Of a DNA stretch of 64,000 nucleotides, positions 17,896 to 28,098 are shown piece after piece. The notes beneath the pieces were generated by a model. That model was not told the origin of the DNA. It did not search any database and saw only the letters and a program-made list of their open reading frames with translations. Both the position numbers and the translations under genes were made by a program. Position 1 is the first letter of the stretch, and each line of letters opens with the position of its first letter. The DNA comes from an uncultured Gemmatimonadales bacterium (GTDB lineage Bacteria > Gemmatimonadota > Gemmatimonadetes > Gemmatimonadales > GWC2-71-9), in the NCBI GenBank assembly GCA_963695555.1, contig CAVOGR010000002.1, positions 32,001 through 96,000 of the forward strand. The letters run 5' to 3'.

Positions 17896-19786
17896 CCCCC
17901 AACACCACCAACGCCTCGCCCAGCGCCACCGGCCACCGCGGCGTGTACGACTCGCCCTGCACGGTCTTGTCGAAGCCGCGCTCGGACTTGGCCACGGTCG
18001 CGATGGCAAAGACCCAGAGATCGGGTGTCGGCACACAATCGAGCTGGAGCTCACGAGCCAGCGAAATTTCCGGCGCGAAGAACGCATCGGGCGGGAACGC
18101 GCTCGGATCCCAACGATAGCTCACGGAGAGACGTCCGGCATGATCGAACCGGAGCCGCTTCTCGATCAGCCCGGGGGCGGCCTCGGTTGTCGGTCGGAGC
18201 ACGATGTTGATGCCCTGGTCCTTGTGCTCGACACTCGCACGAAACACGGCTCGGGCCCAACTGACTACCGGCTCGTACCGACCCCGCTCATAGGCTTCGA
18301 GCGAGAGACCGGCCGGCAATACCCGGTCCACGAACAGCGCCCGAGTGTCCGTGTCGACGGGCGCCAACTCGGCCGGCTCGATACTCGCCGCGCCGTCCGA
18401 CGGCGCGACGGGAGCGGCGAGCTGGAGATAGGCCTCGCGACGCCGGGTCAGCACATCGGCATAGTTGATGCCGGTCTCGAACAGGGTGTATTCCTCCACA
18501 ACGCCGCCTCGGTCCGGGCTCACGACGGCGCTGAACCTGGCCGAATGGACCAGGATCTCCTCATGTCCGTCGGCGTCGAAGTCGGCCATGTCATGGGCCA
18601 GCGGATCGTCGGCACGTAATTCGGCTTCGGCCAGCGCAAGGTTGTGCCATACCGCGGCACGGAGATGCGGCAAGTAGAGCCCGCCAAAGACGCCATGCCA
18701 GTAGGCATCGTTGCATTGCGCGCGGCCGATGGCACGGCGCGCGTCGGGCGGATCACCCCGCCAGCGACACAGTGCCGACAACGCCATCATCTTCTTGTGC
18801 ATCCGATTGGCTTCGGCATACTTGGCCAGGAAGTTCCGCCAGTGCGCTCCCCGAACGAGGGCGCCGTCGGCACCCTCCAGACGTTCCTTGCCAAGATCGT
18901 GCTCCAGCCGGGCCAGTCGAACGGCCGCGGTGGGCGGCAGGGCCCAGCCTTCCATCTCACGGTATGACGCGGTCGGCAGGTAGGCGATCCCGGCGCTCGG
19001 CACCTCCTTCAACGCCTGCGCGAAGGTGGTCAGTTGTACCTCGCCGCGCGCAGCCATCCCACCCATCACGTCCAGGAACTGATCGAGCCACCCCCGCTCG
19101 TACACCCATTCCCTGGTGCCGGGCCAGCCACCGAACTTCTCGCCATCGTCGGCCAGGACGGCCAGCCGGTGACCAGCGTCCCGGAGTTCACGCAGGTATC
19201 CCGCTGTTTCTTCCGGTGGACGAAACGGCACCAGATACCGCAGCCGCTCGTCAATCGGGAACAGGGTGACGCGCTTGCCGTCGCTCTCGGTGGTCCAGGG
19301 CGTGTGAATCTGATGGCGCTCGAACCCGCTCACCAGAAAATGGTGATCGTCCACCAACACGAACCGCACCCCGGCCTCGGCGAGGTCGGCCGGCAGGTCC
19401 GGCTCCCATACGCGCTCGGTGAGCCAGAGCCCGGTGGCCGTGACGCCGAACCGCCGCTCGATGGCCTCTCGCATCCACTGAATCTGCTCGATCCGGTCCG
19501 CTCGTGGTAACGCCGCCAGGATGGGCTCGTAGAACCCGGCGAGCAGCAGTTCCACCCGCCCATCCGAAACCAGTCTGCCGACCAGATCGAGGAATCCGTC
19601 GCTGTGTTGCTCGAGCCATTCGAGCAACGGCCCCGAGATGTGGAGGGTGACGGGGAGGAAGTCGCGTTCCGAGACCCGCTGGAGAAATGGGAGGTACGCC
19701 TGATCGACATGATCCCGAAACACGTGATCGAAATTGCCGGTGGGCTGATGGAGGTGGACGCCGAAGGCGAAGCGAATGGGATCCAC
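17891..19786 (-). CDS. GH57 alpha-amylase/4-alpha-glucanotransferase (DUF1925/DUF1926 type)
   Basis: GTG start, FGVHLHQP, GLWLTERVWEP (nucleophile Glu), ADDGEKFGGWP (acid/base Asp), AQCNDAYWHGVFGGLYLPHLR. Confidence 0.9.
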   Translation of the reverse strand: MDPIRFAFGVHLHQPTGNFDHVFRDHVDQAYLPFLQRVSERDFLPVTLHISGPLLEWLEQHSDGFLDLVGRLVSDGRVELLLAGFYEPILAALPRADRIEQIQWMREAIERRFGVTATGLWLTERVWEPDLPADLAEAGVRFVLVDDHHFLVSGFERHQIHTPWTTESDGKRVTLFPIDERLRYLVPFRPPEETAGYLRELRDAGHRLAVLADDGEKFGGWPGTREWVYERGWLDQFLDVMGGMAARGEVQLTTFAQALKEVPSAGIAYLPTASYREMEGWALPPTAAVRLARLEHDLGKERLEGADGALVRGAHWRNFLAKYAEANRMHKKMMALSALCRWRGDPPDARRAIGRAQCNDAYWHGVFGGLYLPHLRAAVWHNLALAEAELRADDPLAHDMADFDADGHEEILVHSARFSAVVSPDRGGVVEEYTLFETGINYADVLTRRREAYLQLAAPVAPSDGAASIEPAELAPVDTDTRALFVDRVLPAGLSLEAYERGRYEPVVSWARAVFRASVEHKDQGINIVLRPTTEAAPGLIEKRLRFDHAGRLSVSYRWDPSAFPPDAFFAPEISLARELQLDCVPTPDLWVFAIATVAKSERGFDKTVQGESYTPRWPVALGEALVVLGG

Positions 19787-19791
19787 GCCGG

Positions 19792-21813
19792 CTATTCCTG
19801 GCTGAAGCCGAGCCGGTGGGCGAACGGCCCAGCGACACGCCTCGCATCGGCGGTCAGCTTGCTCCACGCCCGGGCGAATCGGGTCTGCGCGTCGAATGGA
19901 ATCTTGACCCGGCAGAGTTCGAGCAGATCGAGCAGGCCGGTGGCCCGCTCGATATCGTCCGCCACGGTGGCTTCCCGGATACGCTCCGCAGCCGCCACCA
20001 GCGCGTGACGCACCACCCCCTCGAATCTGGCATCGCCGCGCGCCACCACCGCCTGCTCCTCCGCCATGAGCCACCGTTCTGCCAAGGCCGCACGACGGGC
20101 GCTGGCCACCACTGCGCGATGGTGCTCGGTCAGGTCCGACATCGTCAGGTGGAACCGCGCTCTGTCCGCGGCCTCCACGGTGGCGGAGATCTCCGCGGCG
20201 CTGGCCGCGCCGAGCGAGACGGTGTACTCAGCCCGCCGTCCGGTTGGGCAGTGGACCACGGACACCGTGGCGCCATTGATGTCCGTCCGATACGCCGGGA
20301 CGCCACAGTGCCGCGGATCGCTGCCGGCATCATTGGCCGCCCAGCAACCGGCCGCCACCCGGACCGCGGCAGGCACCGTGGGCTTCACTTGTGCCAGATA
20401 GATATCGCGCGCCGTGCCCAGCGCCGCATCGTTGCTTGGCGCGTTTGCCAACTGCAAGAGGAACTCCTGTTCCAATCGCTCAACGTGGGGCGGGCCGGCC
20501 AGCTCGATGCCGTGCGCCGCGTAGCGCAGTACCTGGCGCGGCTCGATCCTGCCGATGTCATCGAAGAACCAACCGCACGACGTGAACATCCGGAGCGCGT
20601 CCTGCTCCATCTCCAGCAGCTCGAGTGCCCGCACGCACCGCTCGTCGCTGGGCTCCTTGAGCACACCGGCGATGAACTCGTGCCGATCGACCCGGTCGCT
20701 CACCACTTGGCCAAATGCATCGCGCACCGTCCAGGGCTCAGCGAACAATCCGGCCGCTTCGCGCTCGTAGACCTGGTGGAGTTCGCCCGCCAGCCAGTCC
20801 ACCGCTTGCCTGAGCGGAGCCCGCCAGCGCTGTTGCGAGCTATCGGTCGGCACCATCTTGCAGCCGCAGTCCGACCGCCAGCGCTCGATCCCGTGCGAAC
20901 AGCTCCACGAGCTGGGCGACACCAACTGGACGTCCTCGGTGGGTGGATGGCGCGCGAGGAACGAGGCGAAGTTCTCGATCTGCACGTTCGGGCGTCGGCC
21001 GAGCCGCTCGAGCACAGCCGCCAGTGCCATCTCCCCGAAGGCATGATGGTGGCCGTAGGTCTCGCCGTCGGTCGCAACACTCACCAGGTCCGGCCCAAGC
21101 GGATCCGGGCCGGGCACCATACGCTCGGCCCAGGCCTCGGCGTTGTGCAGCAGCGACCCGAAGCCGATCTCGTGCGAGATCGAGCCGAAGTACACGAAGA
21201 CTGCCAGCTCGCGTCCACCGGACGTGCGATACCGGCCCGGCAATCCCCCCGCCGGCGGCTGGACGACCTGATGGGGACCGAGCACGGTGAACCGGATCCC
21301 CTCGGCCGCGAGGACATCCAGCGTCTCGTGATCCACCGCCGTCTCTGGCAGCCACATTCCCGTCGGCTCCCGACCGAAGCGGCGGCGGAAATTCTCCATG
21401 CCCCAGCGTACCTCAGTGACCTTGTCGCGCCGCGAGCTGAGCGGCAAGATGGTGTGATGGTACGGCATGGCGATGGCATTGCCGTGCCCGCCCAGCCGCT
21501 CGGCGCTCCGTCGATCGGCACCGAGTATCGCGTGGTACGTGTCGTGCGCTTCCCGCTCCAGCCACTCCATGAGTGTCGGACCCACATTGAAACTGATCCA
21601 GTCGAGCGTGTTCACGATTCGGGCGATGCGTCCGTCGCCTCCGGCAACGCGAGCCGCCACCACCGCCCGGTAGCACTCTCGTTCGATGCGCTGATTCCAG
21701 TCGTGAAACGGCGCCGCCGACGGTTCCGACTCCACCTCGTCCAGCCAGGGATCTTCCCGCGGCGGCTGGTAGAAGTGACCGTGGATGACGACCGAGCGAG
21801 GATGAGCGCTCAT
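19792..21813 (-). CDS. GH57-family DUF3536 glycoside hydrolase
   Basis: IHGHFYQPPREDPW, PFHDWNQRI..ECY, GMWLPETAVD, ATDGETYGHH, SWSCSHGIERW, MFTSCGWFFDD. Confidence 0.92.
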   Translation of the reverse strand: MSAHPRSVVIHGHFYQPPREDPWLDEVESEPSAAPFHDWNQRIERECYRAVVAARVAGGDGRIARIVNTLDWISFNVGPTLMEWLEREAHDTYHAILGADRRSAERLGGHGNAIAMPYHHTILPLSSRRDKVTEVRWGMENFRRRFGREPTGMWLPETAVDHETLDVLAAEGIRFTVLGPHQVVQPPAGGLPGRYRTSGGRELAVFVYFGSISHEIGFGSLLHNAEAWAERMVPGPDPLGPDLVSVATDGETYGHHHAFGEMALAAVLERLGRRPNVQIENFASFLARHPPTEDVQLVSPSSWSCSHGIERWRSDCGCKMVPTDSSQQRWRAPLRQAVDWLAGELHQVYEREAAGLFAEPWTVRDAFGQVVSDRVDRHEFIAGVLKEPSDERCVRALELLEMEQDALRMFTSCGWFFDDIGRIEPRQVLRYAAHGIELAGPPHVERLEQEFLLQLANAPSNDAALGTARDIYLAQVKPTVPAAVRVAAGCWAANDAGSDPRHCGVPAYRTDINGATVSVVHCPTGRRAEYTVSLGAASAAEISATVEAADRARFHLTMSDLTEHHRAVVASARRAALAERWLMAEEQAVVARGDARFEGVVRHALVAAAERIREATVADDIERATGLLDLLELCRVKIPFDAQTRFARAWSKLTADARRVAGPFAHRLGFSQE

Positions 21814-21833
21814 GAAGTGCGGGTGGGAGTCGG

Positions 21834-23549
21834 CTAGCCGGCGCGCGCCGGTCGCGCTATGAGGGCCCGCTCGACCGCGGGCAGGATATCCGGAAAGAGA
21901 TGGTCGCGCTGGGACAGCGTCGCGGCGGACTGCCGCGCCGCCTCGCATACCGAGGCCGGTGCGTCGGGGGCCAACGCTTGGATGAGACGGGTCGCGTCGT
22001 CGACGTGGAGATTGAATCGATCCGCCCCATAGTTCGCCACCGCGCCGGTCGAGATGATAAACGGCCAGTCGGACGACTGTGCCAGCACCAGCTGGCGGGC
22101 GGCCTGCGCCACGATGGGCCGGAGCGCCTCCGAGGCGAGCGCGCGAGGGACCGCGTCCCAGAAGGCGTCTTCCAGCGGCCAGAGACGCTGCCACATCCAG
22201 CGCGTACCGTCGTTCAGCCACATACTGTTGTCGCCATTGGCACCCCACGACCCCGCCGCGAGCCGGATGACATTGGTCGGCGGATGCTCGGCCAAGTGGC
22301 CGGACGCCGTGACGGGCCGGACCTCCGCGCGGCCGGCCAGGCGGCTGAACAGGGCGGCCACGAAATCGACTCCCTCGTACCACCAGTGACCGAAGAGCTC
22401 GGTATCGAACGGTGCCACGACGACGGCATCGTCCGCACCAGCTTGCGCGGCAGCGATGCCGGAGAGCAGCTGGGCAAAGTGGTCGGCGTGACTTCCCACG
22501 CGCTCGATGGCGCGAACCGGATCGTACGGACGCTTGTCGCCGAGGTCGACGTTGGGGCCGCTCACCCGCCAGAACTTGAGCCCGCCGGGCCAGCGGATCT
22601 TGTGGAAATCGAGATACCACTCGTCACCCGGATAGCCTTGTTGGCGACTCCACACCTGGAGCGACGAGCGAGGATCGCGCACCAGGCAGATGGCGGACGG
22701 CCCCCGTTTGGTCGAGGCCGCACGGTACGCCCGATAGGGCGACCGTTCGACTTCCGAGACTCGCGCGCTCGGGATGTCATGCCGCTCGGCATCGAACCGC
22801 TCGACGCCGAGCGGCACATCGGCATACGTGCCGAGGGCGTCGCCGGCATGGGCCAGGTGGGCGTCGGTAAAGAAATAGCGGAAGCCGGCCCATTCGAGGT
22901 GGGCTTCGATGCCGGCCCTGGTGCCGGGGTGCGGCGCCTCGGGCAGCGGGGCCCATCGGCCGCGCGGCCGGTAGCCACATTCCGGGAGCCAGCACCCGGC
23001 CGGGTCGCGACCGAACAGCCGGCGGTGCTCCGCATACCCCAGACCCAGCTGGAGCCGGATGCTTTCGTCGCGGGCAAGCAGCGGGAGGAACCCGTGCGTG
23101 GCGGCGGAGCTGACGATTTCGATCATACCCCGGCGCTCCAGATCGCCGAACGCGCCGACGAGGTCGCCGTTCACGTCATGGAACAGATCGCGCAGCCGCT
23201 CGAATCGAGAACGCCAGTAGCCCACCAGGGGTTGGAGATGCGCATCGCCCGTCGTGGCAAGCGAGGCAGGCGCCTCGTCACAGGCCGCGAGCCGCTGGGT
23301 AAAGAATTCCTCCAGTTCCTCCACGAACAGGGGGCTGGTAAGCTGGTTCGCCAGCACCGGGGTGATGCCGATCGTGAGCGGCACCGCCGTGCCCTGCGCA
23401 TCGAGCGCGCGCAGATTTTCCAGGAGCGGCAGGTAGGTATCGACTGCGGCCTCGGTCAGCCAATCACTGCCGTGGGGCCACCGACCGTGGTTCAGCACAT
23501 ACGGCAGGTGGCTGTGGAGCATGAGGATGAAATTCATATTGTCCGTCAC
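21834..23549 (-). CDS. GH57 1,4-alpha-glucan branching enzyme (DUF1957)
   Basis: LHSHLPYV, ATHGFLPL, GCWLPECGY, PFDTELFGHWWYEG, AQSSDWPF. Start is GTG overlapping the glgA stop, or ATG at 23537. Confidence 0.92.
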   Translation of the reverse strand: MTDNMNFILMLHSHLPYVLNHGRWPHGSDWLTEAAVDTYLPLLENLRALDAQGTAVPLTIGITPVLANQLTSPLFVEELEEFFTQRLAACDEAPASLATTGDAHLQPLVGYWRSRFERLRDLFHDVNGDLVGAFGDLERRGMIEIVSSAATHGFLPLLARDESIRLQLGLGYAEHRRLFGRDPAGCWLPECGYRPRGRWAPLPEAPHPGTRAGIEAHLEWAGFRYFFTDAHLAHAGDALGTYADVPLGVERFDAERHDIPSARVSEVERSPYRAYRAASTKRGPSAICLVRDPRSSLQVWSRQQGYPGDEWYLDFHKIRWPGGLKFWRVSGPNVDLGDKRPYDPVRAIERVGSHADHFAQLLSGIAAAQAGADDAVVVAPFDTELFGHWWYEGVDFVAALFSRLAGRAEVRPVTASGHLAEHPPTNVIRLAAGSWGANGDNSMWLNDGTRWMWQRLWPLEDAFWDAVPRALASEALRPIVAQAARQLVLAQSSDWPFIISTGAVANYGADRFNLHVDDATRLIQALAPDAPASVCEAARQSAATLSQRDHLFPDILPAVERALIARPARAG

Positions 23550-25105
23550 CCTTCTACGCTGCGTAATGCCAGGGCCCGTTGATACACCTCGGCGTAGGCC
23601 GCGGCGGGCCGATCCCATCCGAATTCCTGGCGCATGGCCCTCCGCATGTGATCGCCCCACGCCGCCTGATCCGCGTAGTGCGCCACCGCACGCCCGGCCG
23701 CGACATCCAGGTCTTGTGGCAGGTAGTCGTCGAACAGGAACCCGGTGACGCCATCCTCGATGGTGTCGGCCAGGCCACCCACGCGTCGTGCGACGGGGAT
23801 GGCACCGTAGTGCTGCGCTCGCATTTGCGTGAGCCCGCAGGGTTCGTACAGCGAGGGCATGAGCAGCATGTCGGCGCCGGCAATGAGTCGGTGCTCCATC
23901 GGCTCGTTGAAGTCCGTTTCGACCGCCACCCGCTCGGGCATGGCCTGGGCGAGTTGCCGGAGCGCGGTCTCGTAGCGTGCTTCGCCCTCTCCCAAAAACA
24001 CGAACTGCGCGTCGAGCGACGCGAGGGCGCTGCCTTCCAGGATCAAATCCAGTCCCTTCTGGGTGACCAGCCGGGCGGTCATGCCGAAGATCGGCGTCCG
24101 CGGACTGACCGGGAGGTTGAGCTCTCGCTGGAGCGCCGCCTTGCACTCGACCTTACCGGACAGGTCGTGTTCCGAATAGCGGGCCGCGATTTCGGGATCG
24201 TGCTCCGGGTCCCAGGCGCTGGTGTCGATCCCATTGATGATGCCGACCAACCGGGTCTTGAGGCCGATGAACGTGTCGTGCAGGCCGAATCCGCCGGAGG
24301 CTGTCCTCAGCTCGTGCGCGTGGGTCGGGCTCACCGTCACGGCCATCTCCGAGAATGCCAGGCCGCCCTTGAGCCAGTTGACCTTGCCGTACCATTCCAG
24401 CTGCTGCCAGTTGTAGAGCGACTCAGGGAGCCCAACCAGCGCCAGCGACTCGAACGGGAAGTGCCCCTGGAAGCCGGCGTTGTGCACCGACAACACGCAT
24501 GCCACGCCATTGTAGAAGGCATCGCCGGCGTAGCCGGTGCGGAGATAGACCGGTGCGAGCGCCGTGTGCCAGTCGTGCGCGTGGATCACCAGCGGCGCCT
24601 TGCCAAACTCCGGCAGGCATTCGATCACCGCCCGCGCGAAGAAGGCGAACCGCTGGGGGTTGTCGGGATAGTCCCCATCGGCCCCGCCGTAGATGCCGGG
24701 CCGGTCGAAGTAGTCGGGGTGGTCGATGAAATAGACGTGCGGAGCGCCACGCTTGTGCGGCAGCCGCCAGAGCCGGCCAACCTCGCGGCGGGGGCCGATT
24801 TGGATCGCAAACGGATCGCCGACCGGCACCAGCCGGCCGGCCGCTCCGCGCGCCGAATGATGGAGCGGTAAGACCACCGAACACGGAATGCCGTGGCTGG
24901 CCTGATAGGTTGCAAGGCCGCGGACCGCCTCGGCCAAGCCGCCGGTCCGAGCAAATGGCCAGTACTCCGCCACCACGTGCACCACGCCCGGCGGGCGGGG
25001 CGGTTTTTTGCGGGCGGTGGTTTTCTGGGCGATTGTCTTCTGGGCGGTGGTCTTCCGGGCGGTGGTCTTCCGGGCGCGGCGTGGGTTAGCCGGTTGGCGG
25101 GTCAT
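23546..25105 (-). CDS. glgA: Glycogen/starch synthase (GT5)
   Basis: AEYWPFARTGGLAE, HAHDWHT, HNAGFQG, INGID, RLVTQKG, PSLYEPCGLTQM, VGGLADT. Confidence 0.95.
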   Translation of the reverse strand: MTRQPANPRRARKTTARKTTAQKTIAQKTTARKKPPRPPGVVHVVAEYWPFARTGGLAEAVRGLATYQASHGIPCSVVLPLHHSARGAAGRLVPVGDPFAIQIGPRREVGRLWRLPHKRGAPHVYFIDHPDYFDRPGIYGGADGDYPDNPQRFAFFARAVIECLPEFGKAPLVIHAHDWHTALAPVYLRTGYAGDAFYNGVACVLSVHNAGFQGHFPFESLALVGLPESLYNWQQLEWYGKVNWLKGGLAFSEMAVTVSPTHAHELRTASGGFGLHDTFIGLKTRLVGIINGIDTSAWDPEHDPEIAARYSEHDLSGKVECKAALQRELNLPVSPRTPIFGMTARLVTQKGLDLILEGSALASLDAQFVFLGEGEARYETALRQLAQAMPERVAVETDFNEPMEHRLIAGADMLLMPSLYEPCGLTQMRAQHYGAIPVARRVGGLADTIEDGVTGFLFDDYLPQDLDVAAGRAVAHYADQAAWGDHMRRAMRQEFGWDRPAAAYAEVYQRALALRSVEG

Positions 25106-27239
25106 CGGTCGGCCATCCCTTCTCGAGCGCAGGCGCGTAGTAATCGCCTGCGTACTGTTCGAGCATGCGGCGCGCGGTAAAGTGTCGGGTGGAGGTCCAC
25201 ATGGCCTGTTTCATCCGGGCAATCCACTGGCGTGGGATGCCCCGGTCACCGCGCTCATAGAAGAGCGGCACGACTTGCTCCTCTAATAATGTATACAGCT
25301 GCTCGGCAGCGGCCGCATCCTGGTCCTCGTTGTCGGGAGCCGCGGTGATGGTCCAGCCGTTGAGTCCGGTCTGTCCCTCGGCCCACCAGCCGTCATCGGT
25401 GCTGAGCTGGGGCACGCCGTTCAAGGCCGCCTTCATGCCACTCGTGCCAGAGGCTTCGTACGGAACGCGAGGGGTGTTGAGCCACAGGTCGACGCCCTGA
25501 ACCAACCGGTGTGCCATGTGCAGCTCGTAATCCTCGAGGAAAGCGATCCGCCCCTCGAAGCGGCGGTCGCGAGTCGCCGCGGACACCAGTTGGAGCATGC
25601 CCTTGCCGACCTCGTCGGCGGGATGGGCCTTGCCGGCGAAGATCAACTGGACCGGCCGCTGCGGATTCAACAGCAACCGGCGGAGGCGCTCCGGGTCGCG
25701 AAACAGGAGGCCGGCCCGCTTGTAGCCCGCGAATCGACGCGCGAACCCGATGGTCATGGCGCCGCCGTGCAGCAGCGTGCCCGCGCCGATCAAATGGGCC
25801 GCATCCTGCCAGCGATCGCGCCAACGGATCCGGGCCTCGTCGCGGATGAAATCCATGAGCGACGCCTTGAGTACCGAATGCACTTCCCACAATTCTTTGT
25901 CATCGAGCGATAGGATCTGATCGAGGCGATCCGGATCCTCGGCCGTTTCCCAATCGGGGCCCAGGTGTCGGTCGAGCAGTTCCTTGATCCGATGTGACAT
26001 CCAGGTATTGAGGTGGACGCCGTTGGTCACGTACTTGATCGGGACTTTCGCCTCGGCCCGGCCGGGCCACAGCATCTCCCACATGCGGCGGGACACGGCC
26101 CCGTGAACCCGGGACACGCCCACCACCCGGCCCGACAGCCGGATGGCCACGGCCGTCATGTGAAAGCGTTGATGGTCGAGGCCGGGATGGTGACCCAGCT
26201 GATCGAGCGTCGCCTGATCGACTCCGAAACTCTCCAGGTACCCACCCATCACCTGATGGAACAGCTCGCTGGAGAAGATGTCGTGGCCCGCCGGAACCGG
26301 GGTGTGGGTGGTGAAAAGGCTCCGGCCTCGAACTTCGCGGATGGCATCCGGCAGCGCAGATCCGGCCTGCACCAGCTCCCTCACACGTTCGAGCAACATG
26401 AAGGCCGCGTGTCCCTCATTGGCGTGCCAGGCGCTGGGGTCGATTCCGAGCGCACGCAACACCCGCACGCCACCAATGCCGAGGATGGCTTCCTGCCGGA
26501 GCCTGAGTTCGGGACCTCCAGCGTAGAGGTTGTGCGACAGGGGTCGGTCTTCGGGGTCGTTGCCGTCGACGTCGGTATCGAGCAGGTAGAGCGGCACCCG
26601 CCCCACCTGCATCTTCCAGGCGCCGAGGTGGACCGTGCGGCCTGATATCAGGAGGCTCGCGAGCTGGGGTTGACCGTCGGCGTTCAGTACTCGGGTAAGT
26701 GGCGTCACCGTAGGATCGAACTGCTCTGGCACGTCTTCCTGCCAGCCGTCCAGCCGAATGCGCTGGTCGAAATACCCACGGGTGTACAGGAGACCGATAC
26801 CCACGAGCGGCACGCCGAGGTCCGAGGCGGCCTTGCAGTGGTCGCCGGCCAAGACACCGAGGCCGCCCGAGTAGATGGCCACCGAATTGTGGAGCGCGAA
26901 TTCGGCGCAGAAATACGCGATCGGCTTCCCGGCTAAGTCTGGGTACTGCTCGGAAAACCACCCGCCGTCGGATTCGGTCGAGGCGGTGAAGTCCTGCATG
27001 GTCGAATCGAACAGTTGCAGAAAATCCGGGTTGCGGGCGCAGGTCTCGAGGCGCCTGGGTTCCACCCGCTGCAACAGCGCGATCGGATTGTGCCGGGTGT
27101 CGTGCCAGAGCGGCCCATCGATGGCCCGGAACAGCATCCGGGCATCCCGGTTCCAGCTCCAGAACAGGTTGGCGGCAAGCGCGGCCAGCCCGGCGAGGCG
27201 CTCGGGGAGCGGCTGAAACGGGCCCGGATTATCGGTCAT
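25086..27239 (-). CDS. glgP: Alpha-glucan phosphorylase (GT35)
   Basis: NLFWSW, AYFCAEF, YSGGLGVLAGDH, NEGHAAF, FTTHTPVPAGHD, FARRFAGYKR, EASGTSGMK (PLP lysine). Confidence 0.96.
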   Translation of the reverse strand: MTDNPGPFQPLPERLAGLAALAANLFWSWNRDARMLFRAIDGPLWHDTRHNPIALLQRVEPRRLETCARNPDFLQLFDSTMQDFTASTESDGGWFSEQYPDLAGKPIAYFCAEFALHNSVAIYSGGLGVLAGDHCKAASDLGVPLVGIGLLYTRGYFDQRIRLDGWQEDVPEQFDPTVTPLTRVLNADGQPQLASLLISGRTVHLGAWKMQVGRVPLYLLDTDVDGNDPEDRPLSHNLYAGGPELRLRQEAILGIGGVRVLRALGIDPSAWHANEGHAAFMLLERVRELVQAGSALPDAIREVRGRSLFTTHTPVPAGHDIFSSELFHQVMGGYLESFGVDQATLDQLGHHPGLDHQRFHMTAVAIRLSGRVVGVSRVHGAVSRRMWEMLWPGRAEAKVPIKYVTNGVHLNTWMSHRIKELLDRHLGPDWETAEDPDRLDQILSLDDKELWEVHSVLKASLMDFIRDEARIRWRDRWQDAAHLIGAGTLLHGGAMTIGFARRFAGYKRAGLLFRDPERLRRLLLNPQRPVQLIFAGKAHPADEVGKGMLQLVSAATRDRRFEGRIAFLEDYELHMAHRLVQGVDLWLNTPRVPYEASGTSGMKAALNGVPQLSTDDGWWAEGQTGLNGWTITAAPDNEDQDAAAAEQLYTLLEEQVVPLFYERGDRGIPRQWIARMKQAMWTSTRHFTARRMLEQYAGDYYAPALEKGWPTDDPPTG

Positions 27240-27435
27240 CGGGTCTGGGCAATGGAGTCATGCGGCCTATAAGAAAACACTGAGCGGACTGGTTGACTAG
27301 CCTGGCCAGATGCCCGGAGGACGGACGGGAGTCATCGAGGCCTCTGGAGTGCCCGATCTCGCCCTGCCGCAATGCACTGAGGCCCGGCGTCTCCGCCGGG
27401 CCTCGCACAGTGCCCTCGAACCGACTTCTCCAGGG

Positions 27436-27996
27436 CTACGGGAGAAGCACGGTATCGATGATGTGGATGACGCCGTTCTGTGCTGCGATATCGGTCGTCA
27501 CGATTTGGGCATCGTTGATGAATGCTCCCAAGGCCGTCACGGAAATCGCCGCAAAGCTCTTGTTCAGCATCCGGATCTGACTGGACGACACGACGCTGGC
27601 CGCGAAGCGGCGGCCTGGCGCCACGTGGTACAACAGGATGTCGGTCAGGGCGTCCGTCGGCAGCGAGCCGATGCTGGTGGCATCGAGCCCGAGCTTGGCG
27701 AACGCCGCATCCGTGGGCGCGAACACGGTGAACTGTCGATTGACATCCAGCGTCTCCACCAAGTCGGCCGCGACGAGCGCCGCGATCAGCGTCGAGAACT
27801 CGCCACTCTGCTGATTCACCGCCAGGGCGATGTCGACGATGCTCTCGCCCTGTGGCCCAACGCCGTTGGGACTGCCACCGCGCGCGGTCTGGGTCTCAGG
27901 AGCGGCCACTTCGGTGGGCGATTCCATGTCCGAGCATGCCGTGGCCACCAGGGCCACGGACAGGACCATCGAGAGGTGCAACGCCTTCCGGATCAT
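27436..27996 (-). CDS. Fasciclin (FAS1) domain lipoprotein
   Basis: Lipobox ATA-C; FSTLIAAL, FTVFAPTDAAF, ILLYHV, NGVIHIIDTVLLP. Confidence 0.94.
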   Translation of the reverse strand: MIRKALHLSMVLSVALVATACSDMESPTEVAAPETQTARGGSPNGVGPQGESIVDIALAVNQQSGEFSTLIAALVAADLVETLDVNRQFTVFAPTDAAFAKLGLDATSIGSLPTDALTDILLYHVAPGRRFAASVVSSSQIRMLNKSFAAISVTALGAFINDAQIVTTDIAAQNGVIHIIDTVLLP

Positions 27997-28041
27997 CTTG
28001 GGTGCCTCCTATAAGTGTTCGAAGCGAGTTGTACAGCCCAC

Positions 28042-28098
28042 ACGTTACCACCCAGTTTGTGGTTTGTCAATAGTTTGTCTAACTATAAAGTTGGACAA
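28042..28098 (-). promoter_or_regulatory. Sigma70 promoter with overlapping 11-bp direct repeats (CarH/LitR-like operator candidate)
   Basis: TTGACA-N17-TAACGT; TAGTTAGACAA/ACTATTGACAA tandem repeats; inverted repeat TTGTCTAACT-N4-AGTTGGACAA. Confidence 0.6.

Noticed and set aside
19687..24871. Long + strand ORFs (716, 560 and 430 aa) antisense to the glucan operon
   Set aside because: Shadow ORFs from high GC3 codon bias; no motifs; the opposite strand carries clear enzymes.
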